Under the pieces are notes generated by a model that saw nothing but the letters and a program-made list of their open reading frames with translations, had not been told where the DNA came from and ran no database searches. The position numbers and the translations under genes are program-made. DNA of 64,000 bases from Scenedesmus sp. PABB004 (lineage: Eukaryota): NCBI GenBank assembly GCA_014905635.1, contig JABVCE010000038.1, positions 124,001 through 188,000 on the forward strand, in the 5' to 3' direction. The stretch's first letter is position 1. Every line of letters begins with the position of its first letter. This document shows positions 1-13,100 of this stretch, one piece after another.

Positions 1-309
1 CCGACCAAGCCCAACGTCGGCGGCATCGGGCAGGCCGGCCAGGGCAGCGGCGGCGGCCAGCCGGGCAGCCAGGCCAAGGCCAGCTTCACGCGCGCCGCGG
101 CGGCGCGCTATGGCCGCTCCGACCTCAGCGCGGCGCGTGTCGCGTCGGGCGCGCTGCTGGCCAAGGGCCAGCAGTGCGGCGGGCAGGGCTTTGACTGCGG
201 CAAGTTCGGCCCCGGCGAGTGCAAGGACGCGGCGTTTGCGACCGCGCGCTGCGCCGACGGCCTGTCGTGCCGCCGCAACGACGCGCAGTGGTGGGGCTGC
301 GCGGCGTGA
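1..309 (+). CDS. 3' end of a gene (partial) ending in a CBM1-like (fungal-type cellulose-binding) Cys-rich module
   Basis: Frame 1 is open to TGA at 307-309. It reads ...GQQCGGQGFDCGKFGPGECKDAAFATARCADGLSCRRNDAQWWGCAA*, matching the CBM1 pattern QCGG...C..G..C...N..WW.C after a Gly/Gln-rich linker. Confidence 0.7.
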   Translation, partial: PTKPNVGGIGQAGQGSGGGQPGSQAKASFTRAAAARYGRSDLSAARVASGALLAKGQQCGGQGFDCGKFGPGECKDAAFATARCADGLSCRRNDAQWWGCAA

Positions 310-1886
310 GCGGCGGGCGGGCGGGCGGCGCCGGCGCGCGCGGTGCCTGCCCCCGGCGGGCCCGGCGCGCTGCCCAATGGTCGGCTGCATCGGCACACAT
401 ACACGCACTGCAGCGCACCCCTGCACACAGGGACGAAGAGTTTGAGTTGCACGCGCGACCCATGAGCCATGCATGGGGTGGGAGTGGGAGGGCGGGCGGG
501 CGAGGTGCCGCGGGCGCGCCGTGCGCCGCCGCCGCGGCGGCGCGTTGCGCACCGCGCGTGCTCCTGCGCGCTCGCTCGCTGCAGGCGGGCAGGCTGCTGC
601 CTCACGGGGCTTTGTGTATTCCTAGACGGCGGGGAGGCGCGCGCGAGCGGGGCTCGGCGCGTGTTTTTTGGGGCGCTCACGAGCGCTCACGGCATAAACG
701 GCCGAGGAGGTGGGCATCTGCCAGCGGCGCTGCTTGCACGCACACACAGCAGCAACGGCGGCCGCATAGCCGAATCAAAGGAGACGGAATCAAGGAGGGA
801 GGTTGTGCTGCACAGGGCTGGCTCGCTGACTGGTGCTGACGCGGGGCTTGGCGGCCGTGCCGCCAGCCCCTGGGCTGACGCCGCCCGGCGCGCAGCGGTG
901 CGCGCGGGCGGCGTGACCGTATCATGCCTCCGCCGCTGGCACAGCGGTGCGAGCCGTGGGGTGGTGCGCCAGCGCGGCGCGGACGAGACCGGGGCCTGTC
1001 GTGCGATCGGCGACTGGGCGCGGACAGGCCAGTTGGGGCCTGCGCCCCGTGCGCGAGCACATGCCGCCGCGCCCGCGCAATCGGCGGGCGCGGCCGGCTG
1101 ACGGGCACACACGACGCGGGCGCCGCGGCTCGCACCAGGGCCGCGCTGACCCAGACCCACACACGCGTGCGAAGCCGGCGCCCCGCGCAGGGGCGGCGCG
1201 CTCGCACACCACACCACCACCTGAATTTTGTTTGACCCACGTGAGATGCTGCTGATGCTGCTGCTGCTGAGGGCGCGCCGGGGCTCAGGCCCCGGCCACG
1301 CGACCCCCTAGGCTTTTGATCAGAGCTGCTGCGCAGCTTGCCGCGTGCGTGCGCATACGTGCTGCTGCGTGCACAGAGTGACCGAGCGATTGCGCGCCCA
1401 GGCCGCTTCCTGCCCTGTGTCCGTGGCGGCGGCATGCCCGGGCTGGTAAGCGTCTCTGTTCCGCCTCGGCGGCTCGCTCGCGCAGCCTGGCCGCCGCTGG
1501 CAGCCTGGTCGCCTGTCGCCTGGCAGCACGCGGCAAACTCTCGCCACACGTCCGGAGGGCTGAAAGCGGCGTGCCGGGAGCTGCTTGGTCGGGAGCGGGC
1601 GGGCACCAGTGCCCCGACAGAAAGTGACACTGCGCCTGTCGCCTCCGCGCCGCTGCCATCGCGACACTCTTAATCACAGCGTTGGCGTGGCGCCAGCTCA
1701 CGCACGCGCGCCCACACCGAGCGGCAAGTGGCCGCCGGCAACCACCGCGCGAGCCGCCCGGTGCCGAGCGCGCGCGGCCGCCGCGGGCCAGATCGGCCTG
1801 TGACCCGCCCCTGCGATCACGGCGGGGCCGGCACACGCGCACACACTCCCGCGCTGCAGCAGCAGCAGGAGCGCCCAGCCGCGGCC

Positions 1887-4800
1887 ATGGCGCGGCGCAG
1901 CGCGGCGGCCTGCCTGGCGCTGGCGGCTCTGCTGGTGCAGGTGCGACCGTTGGGCATTGCGCCGGGACCGCGCGGGGGCGGCCGGCGGCTGTGAGGCTGC
2001 GCGCCTGCCGCAGCGATGCCGCAGCCCCCAGCTCACGCGAGCCGCCCGCTGCGCCCGGGCGTCGTCGCCCCAGGTTGGCTTCATTGCGGCCCAGCACCCC
2101 GAGAAGCCCGCGCCCTCGGGCGTGTCGTTCGGCGCGGCCAGCCCCAGCAGCGTCGACGCCGACGAGTGAGTGCGGCGCGGCGGCGCGCCGCGCGCCCGCC
2201 GCCGCGTCCGCCGCCGCCCCGCCCCTCCCGCCGCCCTCCCGCCGCTCACCTGCAGCCCGCTTGCGCCCGCAGCGTGGAGGGCACGGCGGTGCACGCGGCG
2301 TACCACTATGTCGTGTGCGACGCCGACGCGATTGTGCAGCCGCGCAGCACGCAGGACGTCGCGGACGCGGTCAAGACGTACCGCGCGGCCGCCAAGGCCA
2401 AGGGCCTTAAGCTCAAGATCCGCACCACGCGCCGGTGCGCGCGCGCACGGGGCCCGCGGCGCGGCGCCCGCGCGGCTCGCCGGCGGGCTCGGGCGCCCCG
2501 CGCGCGCCGCGCCGCCGACGCCCGCCGCGCGCGCCCCGCCGCGCCCCACCCGCCGCGCCGCGCCGCGTCGCGCGCGGCGCCCGACAGGGACTTCCACAGC
2601 TCCACGGCCTTCACCTGCCCCAACCAGGTGCTCGACCTGCCCGGCCCGCGCGCGGGCGCCGCGCCGGGCGTGATGGCGGTGAGCATGCTGCAGGATTTCA
2701 TGAACACCACGGTGACCTACGACCCCAAGAAGTTCACGATGACCGTGGGGCCCGGCATGAAGGTCCGCGAATTCACCGCCGAGGCGACGCGCCTCGGCAT
2801 GAGCGTGCAGGTGCGGCGGCGGCGGCGGCGCGGCGCGCGGCGCTGGGCAGGCGCGTGCATAGGCGGCGCGCCGTCGGGGCCGGCCCGCCCCGGCGCGGCG
2901 GCAGCGTCATGGACATCACGCGGGCCCCCTGCCGCCGCCGCGGCCGCACCAGGTCGGGTCGCTCCCGGCGTACGCGGGGCTCACGCTCGGCGGCGTCATT
3001 TCGACGAGCGGCCACGGCAGCGGCGACAACGCGACGAGCAACCCGTGCGACACGCTGCTCAGCGTGAAGTGGGTCGACGTCGACGGCAACGTGCACGTCA
3101 GCCCGCGCGACAGCCACGAGGTCAAGATGTTTTGCGGCGGCCTCGGCCTCATCGGCATTATGACCGAGCTCACGATGCAGCTCACGCCACCGACGCACAC
3201 CAAGCTCATCACGCGCTACCTCGCCAACGACACCGACATCGTCGGCGAGATCGAGAAGCTGCTCAAGGTCTCGCCCCACATCCTCGTCTTCTGGCGCCCA
3301 GACCTCCGACTCTACAGGTGCGCGCGCCCTTCGCGGCGCGTGCGGCGGCGGCGCAAGGGCGGCGCGCGCGGCGGCGGCTGGCGGCCGGGGCGCCGGGGGC
3401 TGAGCCGCGCGGGGGTGCGGCCCAGGTGCTGGTTGCGCCCGCCGGCGCCGGCGCCCGCCAACCAACCGGCGGCGGCCTGCGCCCGCCCGCCGCGCAGCGC
3501 CTACCTGATGAGCGCCGTGTCTGCCACCATCCCCGCGAGCGACGCGTACATGACGCTGCTGCCGAGCTACAAGAACAGCCAGGCGCGCGCACGCGCCGGG
3601 GCCGCCGCGCACGGCCGCCGCGCCGGGCCGCCGCGCGCGCGCCTCGCGCCGCGCGCCGCTCTCACCCCGATCACCCCCCGCCGCGCGCCCCGCCCCTGCT
3701 GCCGCACCTCCCTGTTTCCCTCGGCCCCCTTTGCCGCGCCTCCCCAGGACTTTGCCCAGCTGTTCCGCATCATCAACGAGGACATCTTTGGCGACCAGAT
3801 GCCCTTCACCGGCGTGCAGGCGCGCGACGCGGCGGCCGCGGCACGCGCGGGCGGGGCGGCCGGCGGCCGGCGGCGCCGCCCCGTCCGCGGCCCGCGCTGG
3901 CAGCTGAAGCTGTTTTGGACCTGAGCCCCAAACCACCTCCTGAACCTCAACCTCCCTCCCTCCGCCAACCCCTGCCCCTGCTGCTCCTCCTCCCGCGCGC
4001 AGCAAGCTGTGTTCTGCCCCATTAACGCCAAGAACAGCGTCGGCAAGACCTGGGCGTCGTCCAAGGCCGACGACAGCGACGTGCTCTCCGCCGTCGGCGA
4101 CACCAACGCGCTCGTCGCCGCAGAGTGCTGGGACGACTGCGCGTGGAACAGGTGCGCACGCGGCGGCGCGGGCGCGCGCAGCGCGCCTGGGCGCGGCCGG
4201 CAGCCTACGACGCGCGCGCCGCGCCGCCCCTCCCCTCCCAAACACACGCCCGCCTCTCCGCCCCGCAGCGACGCCTACTACGGCACCGCCGAGGACGTGC
4301 ACCTGTCGATCGAGTGGGACGACTTCAGGGTGCGCACACGCCGGCGCCGCTGGCGCCGCGCGCGCGCGCCCGCCGGCGCCCGCCGGCGCCGCCGCGCGGC
4401 GCTCCGCCCTGCCTCGCGCGCGCACGCGCTCACGCGCCCGCCCGGCCCTTCACGCGCGCGCGCGCCCTCGACCCCATCACCACACACGCACGGCTCTCAA
4501 ACAGAGCTGGGTGACGGACATCAAGAACGTGTTCAAGTATGACCTCTGGGACAGCGAGCCGTGGGGCCACGGGCAGTGCATGGGCCCCGGCTACATCTGG
4601 CTGCGCTTTGGGCACGGCGGGCCCGACTATCTGAGCATGCAGTACGACATGAAGCGCCCCGTGTACGTCCAGGTGAGGCGCGGGCCTGGCGTTGGTTGAC
4701 GTGGGCGCGGGCGGCAGGGCTGCTGCCTGGAGAGGGAGGGAGGGGCGCGCAGGGCGCGCCACGCGGGGCGGCGGCGGCGGCGCGCGGCGCGCGGCGCCCG

Positions 4801-5436
4801 CACGCGCGCTCACGCCGCGGCCGCCGCCGCCCCGCCCGCAGTCCACGTGGCTCAAGAGCCGCGCGACCATGGAGGACTACCCCCTGCGCTTTGGCTGGGT
4901 GCTCGACATGCTGGAGGAGGTCACGCTCTGCAAGTGCGCAGCGGCCGCGGGGGCCTGGCGCGCGGGGCCTGGCGCGGCGCGCCAGGCGCCGCGCCGCGCG
5001 TCGCCGCCGCGCGCTGACCGCGCCGCGCCGCCGCCGCGCCCCGCGCCGCAGGTACAAGGGCCGCCCGCACTGGGGCAAGAACCACCCCCGCACGTTCACG
5101 CACCCCGAGTGCTCCATCGCGGACCGCTACCCGCGCTCGTTCAAGCCGGCGCTGGAGCTGCAGAAGCAGCACGACCCCGAGTACATCCTCGAGCCGCGCC
5201 TCTTTGAGCAGGTGCGCAGCGGCAAGGCCTATCCGCTCTTCCCCGGCTGCGCGGGCTACGGCAAGGCGTGCTACTGCGAGGAGGACGTGCACTGCCCCGC
5301 CAAGCACGTGTGCGTGCACTCGCTCGCGCCCGGGCTGGAGAGCTACAAGGTCTGCAAGCCCGACTGGCGGCTCAGCAACCGCGTGCCCAAGGTCGCGGGC
5401 GGCGGGCTGCCCAACCTCGACTCGGTCAGGGGCTGA
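1887..5436 (+). CDS. Secreted FAD-linked oxidase, L-gulonolactone oxidase-like (plant GULLO/ALO family), ~12 exons
   Basis: Signal peptide MARRSAAACLALAALLVQ. FAD-binding region PRSTQDVADAVK...TTRDFHSSTAFTCP and LTLGGVISTSGHGS. C-terminal GRPHWGKN, followed by the Cys-rich tail GCAGYGKACYCEEDVHC..C typical of plant GULLOs. Confidence 0.85.
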
Positions 5437-6048
5437 GCGGCGGCGCGCCCCGGGCGCGCGCGAGTGCGAGCGCGGCGCGGCGCGGCGCGGCGCGGCGGGC
5501 GGCGCGCCCCCGTGGGCGGCGCCCGCCCGCGCCGCGCGCACAGCACGGCACGGCATTGCTTGACCGCGCTCGCGCGGCTGGGACTGAGCTTCCTCACTGC
5601 CGGCGGGCCTCATGGCCCGTGTGTGACCGCCGCGGCGCGGCAGCGGCGCAGGATGGTGGCACCCCGCAGCGGGGGCGGGCAGCGTCGTCGGCAAATAAGC
5701 GGCGCCGCCGCGGCGCACTGCGACAGTGCCACATGCAGACGCGTGCGGGCGGGCGGGGCCGATCGTGATCGCGTTACTCTCAGTTGAGGTGTGAGGAGGC
5801 GGCGCGCAGGGAGGAGTGACACTCGCCAACGCCCCGCAACGGGTGGTGCATGCAACCGGATCGCAGTCCGCCGCCCAGGTCGCTGACGGTGCCGCTTGCC
5901 CAGCGGCAGCAAGTGCTAAATCTCAACCCCGGCAGCTGCGGCAACAAGGGTCCCTAGCCCGCGGGTTGGGTTGACCAACGCTGACCGACCAGATCTACAC
6001 CAACCAGTGCCCGCAGCCATCCTGCCGCCCCAGCCGCCGCTCACGCGC

Positions 6049-9000
6049 TCACGCCCCTGCCGGCCGCGCAGGCTGCGGCGGCGCCGCCGCCGCCGCCCCG
6101 GCCGCGGCGCGGCCGGCGTCCGCGTCCGAGCCGGCCGCCGCGCGGCGCGCCCGGGCGCGCGCGAGCGCGGCCGCGTCGGCGGGGCTGCCCCAGCGCGGCA
6201 GCGGGTGCGCCTCGGTGTTGAAGACCCACGAGTCCAGCGGCAGGACGGACGGGTCGTCCTCAAAGAGAAGGTAGAAGTATTTGAGTGTCTCGGCGACCCA
6301 GAACGACTCCATCTTGGGCGAGAGCGGCGGCGGGACCTGGCGGGCGCGGGCGCGGCGGCGGCGGCGGCCTGCTCGGGGCGCGCGCCTCGTGCCGCGCGCC
6401 GCGCGGGCGCACCCTGCGCCCGTCGTGCGGGAGAGGCGCGGCGCGGCGCGGCGCGGTTGCGCGCCCTGCCGCCGCACCAGTGTGACGTCCTTCACGCTCG
6501 CGTAGCCGCCGCCCGGGACGCGCGCGTGGCGCTCAAACGCGCGGAACATCGCCCACCCCCACTCGCGGTACAGGTCGTCGCCGGTCGCGCGCCAGAGGTA
6601 AAAGAGCGTCTCGACCGCCTCGGGGCGCAGGAAGTCCTCGCGGCTGAGCGCGTCCCACGCGGCGGCCGGCGCCGGCGGCGGCAGCCCCCGGGCGCGTCCG
6701 CGTGCGCGGACGAGGGCGGCGACGGGGACGCGGCGGCCGCGGGGGAGCGGCGCGGTGCCGCGGCCGCGGCGCCGCCCGCCGCGGCCGGCGGGCCCGCCAG
6801 CGGCCGCGCCAGCAGGCGGCGGCTGTCGGCGACGGCGGCGCCCGCACGCACGCCCGGCCCGCGCCCGGCGCGGCGGCGGCGGGCCGCCAGGCGCCGGAGC
6901 GGCCCAACGCGAGCCAGCCGGGCGCCGCCCCGGCGGGCCGCTGCGCCGCCGGCAGCAGGCTGCTGCCGCCGGCGTCGGGCGCCGCCGCCAGCCGCCGCCG
7001 ACCGGGCGCCGCTGTGGCCGCCGGGGCCGCCGGCGACGCCACGTGTGCGACGTCATGCTGGCGCGGCCGCGCGGCACGGCGCGCGCGCCCCACCGCTGGC
7101 GAGCGCCCGGCCGCGGCGGCGGCCGGCGCCGGCGCCGGCGCCGGCGCCGGCGGCAGCGGCGCGCTTGCGGGCAGGTTGCCGCCGGCGGCGGCGCGGAAGT
7201 GCACGCTGTCCGGCGCAAGGCCGCTGGGTGACTCGTGGTACAATTCGTAGCAGGCGCGCCCGATGCGCGCCCCGAGCGTCGCGTCGTCGAGCTCGCCGGC
7301 CGTGGCGTTGGTCGTCACGCCCGCGAGCTGGCCCAGCACGAGCATGCCGCCGGCAAAGCAGGTGAGGTGCTCGAAGCGGTCGTTGGGCGGCGACACCTGG
7401 CGGCGGCGGCGGCGGCAGCGCGGGCGGTGAGGCGGCGGCAGGGCGGGCAGGGCGGCCGGCGAGGCGGCGGCGCGGCCGGGTGTTTGCACGCGGCCGCGCG
7501 TCCCCCGAGGCAGCAGCAGTGCGCCGGGCGGGGCGGGGCCCTCGCGAGGCGGGCTCACCGCGCCCGTCGCTTTGTTGACGGCCGCCTCTGTCACGAAGCT
7601 CATCGCCACGCCGCCGCCGTCGGTGACGTGGCGCAGCAGGTGCTTGCGCACGCCGGCCATCGCGCGGAGGTAGAGCGCCAGCGGGACCTGCCGCACGGCG
7701 CGAGCAGCGCGCAGCCGGGGCGGCCGCGGCTCGCCGTCTTGGCCCACGCCGGCGCTGCGCCGCGCGTGCTGCGCGTGCTGCACGTGCTGTGCGTGCTGCG
7801 CGTTCTGCGCGTGCTGCGCACCTCCTGCGTGCCGTCGGAGAGGAGCCACTGCTTGAGCATGTACTCGTACATGGAGTCGGCGGCGCTGCCGAGGCTGAGC
7901 TTTGGGTCGGAGCAGGCGCCGTCAGCGGTGGAGAGGCCGACGCAGTAGAGGCCGTCGAAGTCGGGCTGCGACAGCAGCACGTACCAGAAGCGGCTGCCCG
8001 CATCAAAGAGGTCGGCCCGGCCGAGGAGGCGGCCGATGGTCGTGAACTCCAAGCTCGCCGTGCCCGCCTCGGCGACGTTGGTCTTGGCGTCGGGCAGCTT
8101 GGCGCTGACGCGGCGGACGCCGGCGGCGCGGCGCGCGGCGCGGGGTGAGCGAGCGGGGTGAGCGGGCGGGGCCGCGCGCCCGGCGCTGGCCCACCTGGCG
8201 GCGCGGCCGGCGGCGCCCTGCAGCTCCACGAACGCCGCTGGGATGCCGCTGGTCGTGTTGAACCCGACCGACAGCCTGCGGTCGCGCGCGGGCGCTCGGC
8301 GCCACTCAGCCGCCGCGCCGAGCGCCCGCGCCGCGCTCCCGCGCCGCGCGGGAGCGCGGCGCGGGCAGTGGCAGCCCCGCGCCGCGCGCCGCTGCGGGCG
8401 CACCTGTCTGCTAGCTGCGTGGCCTTGTGTAGGTAGAGGTCGTCGCCGCCTGAGAGGAAGTACGCGGAGAGCAGGCCGCCGAGGATGCGGATGGTGACCT
8501 CAAAGAACTGCACCTGCGCGGCGCGTGGTGAGGCGCAGTGACGCAGTGTGGTAGCGCGGCGGCTGCGTGGGCACGGCGGCGCAGGGCGCCGGGGGCGCAG
8601 CGCGGGGCGTCGGGGCGTCGAGGCGCGCCTTTGCGCCGTCCTTGAACTCCAGGTGGTTGGCCACCCAGTGCCGCGCCTCCTGGTACTCCTCCTGCCAGCG
8701 GCGCAGCACGGCGTCGTCATCAGCGCAGCACCTCCACAGCCGCCGCGCCATCGGCTTACGCTGCCGCGCGCCACGCCGCGCCGCGCCGCCGCGCCGCGCG
8801 TCGCGCCTGCAGGCCGGCGAGCAGCAGCGTGTCGAGGGAGTCGACGATGGTCAGCCCCAGGTTGAACCAGGCCTTGGGCCGCTTGCCGAGCGCGTCGACC
8901 TCGTCGTGCCCCCACGCATCCTTCCTGCAAACGGCGGCGGCGCGGTCGGGCGGCGCGGGCCAGGCGCGGGGCCGGCCGCACGGCGCACGGCGGAGCACGC

Positions 9001-9550
9001 CGCGGCGACGCGCGGCGCACCGGTAGCCCTCCCAGCTCCACGCGATGGCAGCGCGCACGCGGGCCTGCCGCTGCGCCGCGTCCACGACGCAGCCGAGGCC
9101 ATCGGGACCGCAGCGGTGGTCGCCGTCGCAGATGCCGGAGCGCGCGCAGCGCGGCGAGGCGTCGTGGTCCGGCAGGGAATAGTACCCTCGCAGCGACGCG
9201 AGCGGGTGCGCCACCGCCGCCGGCGCCGGCGCCGGCGGCGCAGGGCGGGCGGCGGCCGCGCCGCGCGGCGCCGCCGCGGCCGCCAGCGACGGCAGCGGCG
9301 ACAGCTGCCGCCGGTGCGCCAGCGAGAGGTTGAGGCCGCCCGCGACGAGCGCCGCCGCCGCGAGGGCCGCCGCGAGCAGGCTCAGCAGGCCCGCGAGCGC
9401 GGCGCGCTGCCACGCGCGCGGGGTGCGCCCGCCGCCAGAGCCCGAGAAGCTCCGGCTGCGCGGCAGGCCCGGCGCGCGGTCGAGCCTGCTGCCCAGCAGC
9501 GGCGTCTTCAGCATCAGCGCCGCGGGGCCGCCGGGGGCGCGCAGCTCCAT
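6049..9550 (-). CDS. Class I alpha-1,2-mannosidase (GH47), type II membrane protein, multi-exon
   Basis: N-terminal TM segment (ALAGLLSLLAAALAAAALV). GH47 motifs AWGHDEV, LTIVDSLDTL, FFEVTIRILGGLLSAY, AADSMYEYMLKQW, EHLTCFAGGM, LRPEAVETLFYLWRAT, MESFWVAETLKYFYL and VFNTEAHP. Confidence 0.93.
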
Positions 9551-10139
9551 CACGGCGCCCGCCGGCAGGCGTGGCGCTGCTGCTCGCGCGACGCGGCCCC
9601 GCCCTCGTCCCTCCGCGTCGCTCGAGCTAAGCTTTCATGCCTCAGTCAGTCTGATATTGCTCGGCGGGAATCTGGACGCCACTGGGCCCGCCTGCGCGGC
9701 GGGGCGTCGCGCCGAACGGCGGGCCGGCCGCTGCTGATCGCAGGCGGCACGTGGACGCTTGCCCGCCGCGCGCGGGATCGGGTGCCAGGTCAAGGGAGGT
9801 GCGGGACGTGCGAGTGGGCAGCGTGCGCGGTCTGCCGGCACGGTTCGCAGAAATGGCGGGAAGCAGCGCCGCGCAGTCTGCGCTCACGACGGCAGGCCGG
9901 GCTGCAGCTAAATGCGAGCGTCTGATCGCGGGCGAGACGACGGACGCCGGAAGTTGCACGCCCGCCGCCGCGCGATCGCGGCGCGGGACCCCATCGGCGC
10001 CGCCGCACGCGGAGAACCCCCACGCCGCCGCGCCACCCCCCCCCCCCCTCGCCGAATCGCCCCGCCCAGCAATGAAACACCCCCCGCCGCCCCAGCGATG
10101 AATGAGCGCGAGCACAGAGAACGCGGCCGGGTCCAGGCC

Positions 10140-13100
10140 TCACGCCACGCGGGTGAGCTGGCCCTCCTGCAGCGAGTAGACCTTGGCTCCCGGCAGCCCG
10201 CCCGCGACCGCCTCGCGCGCCGCGGCGGCGGCGATGACCGTCACGCCGCTCGCGCTCAGCTCGGCGAGCACCGCGTCGAGGCGCTCCTGGCCCATCGCGG
10301 CGGCAAACTGGTCGGCGTCGTCCAGCAGCAGCAGGCGCGGCGCGCGCACGAGCGCGCGCGCAAAGGTGAGCTGCAGCAGCAGCGGCCAGGGCAGCACGGT
10401 GCCGGAGCCGTCGCCGACGAGCGTGCGGTAGCCCTCCTGCGGAGCAGAGCAGTGCGGCGCGGTGGGTGAGCGGCGAGTGAGCGGCGAGAGAGCAGTGGCG
10501 GCGCCCCCGCGCGCCGGGCCCGTGGCGCTCACCGGCAGGGACATGATCGCGCCGTGCGCGCCGACCCGCTCGCAAGCCGCGCGCACGTCGGCGCAGCGCA
10601 CGACGCCGTGCGTCGCGCACGCGACGTTGTCCTCCACCGTCGTCCTGCGAGCGCGCGGGCGCGCGGCGGGGTTGGCGTTGTCGACCAGGCAGGGTTCGGG
10701 TCAGGTTTGATGGCCAGGAGGCACGACGCGGCGGCGGCGCAGGCCCGTGGGGCGCTCGGTCGCGCCGCGCTGCCGCCGCGCTCCAACAACAAAAGCAAAC
10801 AGCACATCAGCGCACCTGAACAGGCCGGCCGAGCTGACGGAGACCATGGCCATCGGCTCCCGCGCCGCCGCCTGGTCGTCCTTCAGGAAGCTGAACTGCG
10901 CCCACACCCAGCCCGGGCCGCCCGGAGTGACGCTGTAGCCCAGGCTCGCGCCCGGGCCGTGCGTCGGCGGCGACCGCGCGCCGCTGCTACCATCGAGGAA
11001 GACCGCACCCGCGGGCGCGGCGCCGGCGCCGGCGCCGTCGAGCGCGGGCGGCGCGTAGCCGCCGGCGCCGCCGGGCGGCGTCGCGGGCGGCAGCGCAGAG
11101 TCGGGCAGCTGGAACGCGAGATAGCCCTTGTACGGGATGTGGCGCAGCAGCACGAGCTGCAGCAGGCTCGACTTGCCGCCGCCGGGCGGGCCTACGCGGC
11201 GCGGCGCGGCGCGGCCGGCCGGCGGTGGGCGGTCAATTGCGCCCGCCGCAGGCGCGCCCGGCGGCGGCGGCGGCGCGGCGGCGGCCCTGCAGCAAGGCGA
11301 GCAGCCCCCCGGCGGCGCGCCGCACCGACGATCACGGCCGCCTCGCCGGCGAGGATTTCGAGGCTCGCGTCCGCGAGCACCAGGCGGTCCGTCTTGCTGC
11401 GCAGCGTGAGGTGCACGCCCTCGAGGCGCACGCCGCCGAGCATTGCGGTAAAGCGCGGTCGGTGCTCCGGCGGCAGGCGCACGACGCGCATCTGCGGCGG
11501 CGCGCGGCGCGGCGTGGGCGTGGGCGTGGGCGGCCGGCCCGCCGGCCGGCGCACGGGCCCGCCTGACCTCGCCGCTGCGGCCGCCCCCCGGGCCTCCCCC
11601 GCGCACCTTGGGCTTGGGCTGCCACCAGCGGCGCCGCGCCTCGGCCGCCCAGCGGCCGAGCAGCGGCTGGTCCAGCCCGCTCGCGCCGGCCTTGGCCGCC
11701 GCGCGCGCGGCCCCGCCCTCCCCGGCGCCGCCGCCGCCGCCCTCCTCCTCCTCCTCCACCACCTGGCGGCGCCGGCGGGCGCAGCAGCACGTCAGGAGGC
11801 GCGCCGCCGCACCAGCGCGCGCGCCGCACGCGCACTCAACAACGCCACGGCGCGGCGCGGCCGCCGCCGCCGCCGGCGTGCCCGGTGGGGCGGCGCCGCC
11901 CGCACCGGGATCTCCTCCTGGCCGAGGCTCTGCGCCGCGTCCCTGAACACGCCGCGGTCGTGCAGCTCCACCACGCGCTCGAGCGACCCGACGCTGGCCA
12001 TGATGCGGGCGTACGCGTCGCTGCGCGGCGGGCGGTTCAGGCGGCGGGCGGTTCAGGCGGCGGGCGGTTCAGGCAGCGGGCGGTTCAGGCGGCGGGCGGT
12101 TCAGGGGGGTGGGCGGGCGGGCGGGCGGGCGGCGCGCGTGCGCGCGGGAGCGGCGGCGATGCGCCGCCGTGCGCGCCTGGCCTGCTTGATGCCGCGCTGC
12201 ATCCAGGCGACGTAGCGGAGCATCATGAACAGCGTGCCTGTGGGGCGTTAGTTTGGTGTTGTTTGGGCGTCAGCTTGGGATTTGAGGTCGGGCATAAGCT
12301 TGGCCGTCCTCGCGCTGTCCCAGAGCGCTGCGCGCGCCGCCGCTGTGCGCGCCACGCGGCGCGCGTCCCTCACCCACGGTCGTGAGGTCTGCAAAAAGCG
12401 CCTTGCCGCCAAACCAGAGCATCGCGGTGCGCACGCCCGCGCTCAGCGCAAACGTGTAGGCCGCGTGCGCGACGAGCAGGGCGTTGAGGTTGAACGTGTT
12501 CCTGCGCGCGAGGCGGGGCACGGCACGCGGCAGCGGCGTCGGGGCGGACGCGGCGCCTGCACCCGGGGGCCCCCGCGCCCCCGGCTGCGCCTGATGCTGG
12601 CAGCAGTGTGCTGGGCGGCCCGGCGGGCGCCCCAGACCCTCCTCAACCACCCAAACCCTTTGCTCATATTCTAAATCAAAACAACAATAGCAATAACAAT
12701 AACGATAACAACACACCTGAAGTAGTCGCGCGCGAAGCAGCGATAGTCGGTCAGCAGCCGGTCCTCCAGCCCGAGCGCGCCGACGGCGTCCATCTTGCTG
12801 AACACATCGAGCGAGAAGCCAAACATGCGCCCCAGGCTCTGCCGCACGCGCAGGTTGAGCGCGCGCGCCGCGAGGCCTGCGGGGAGGTGGCGGCGGCGCG
12901 GGGCGGCGCGTCGGACGCGGCGGCGGCGGGCTTCGGCGCGCGCTGCGGCAAAGAGAGCACCGTGCGCGCATGTGCTGCGTGCTGCGCGCGCGCACCCGTG
13001 GCAAAGCCCTCCACGGCGCTGAAGGTGAGGCCGACGACGAGGGCGAGCCCGAGCAGCGGCGCCTGCAGCCACAGCGGGCCGAGCGTGACGGCCAGGCACG

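Noticed and set aside
12025..12105. Regular repeats here and at 39334-39421 as a CRISPR-like array
   Set aside because: Head-to-tail units with no spacers, inside eukaryotic introns, and no cas genes.
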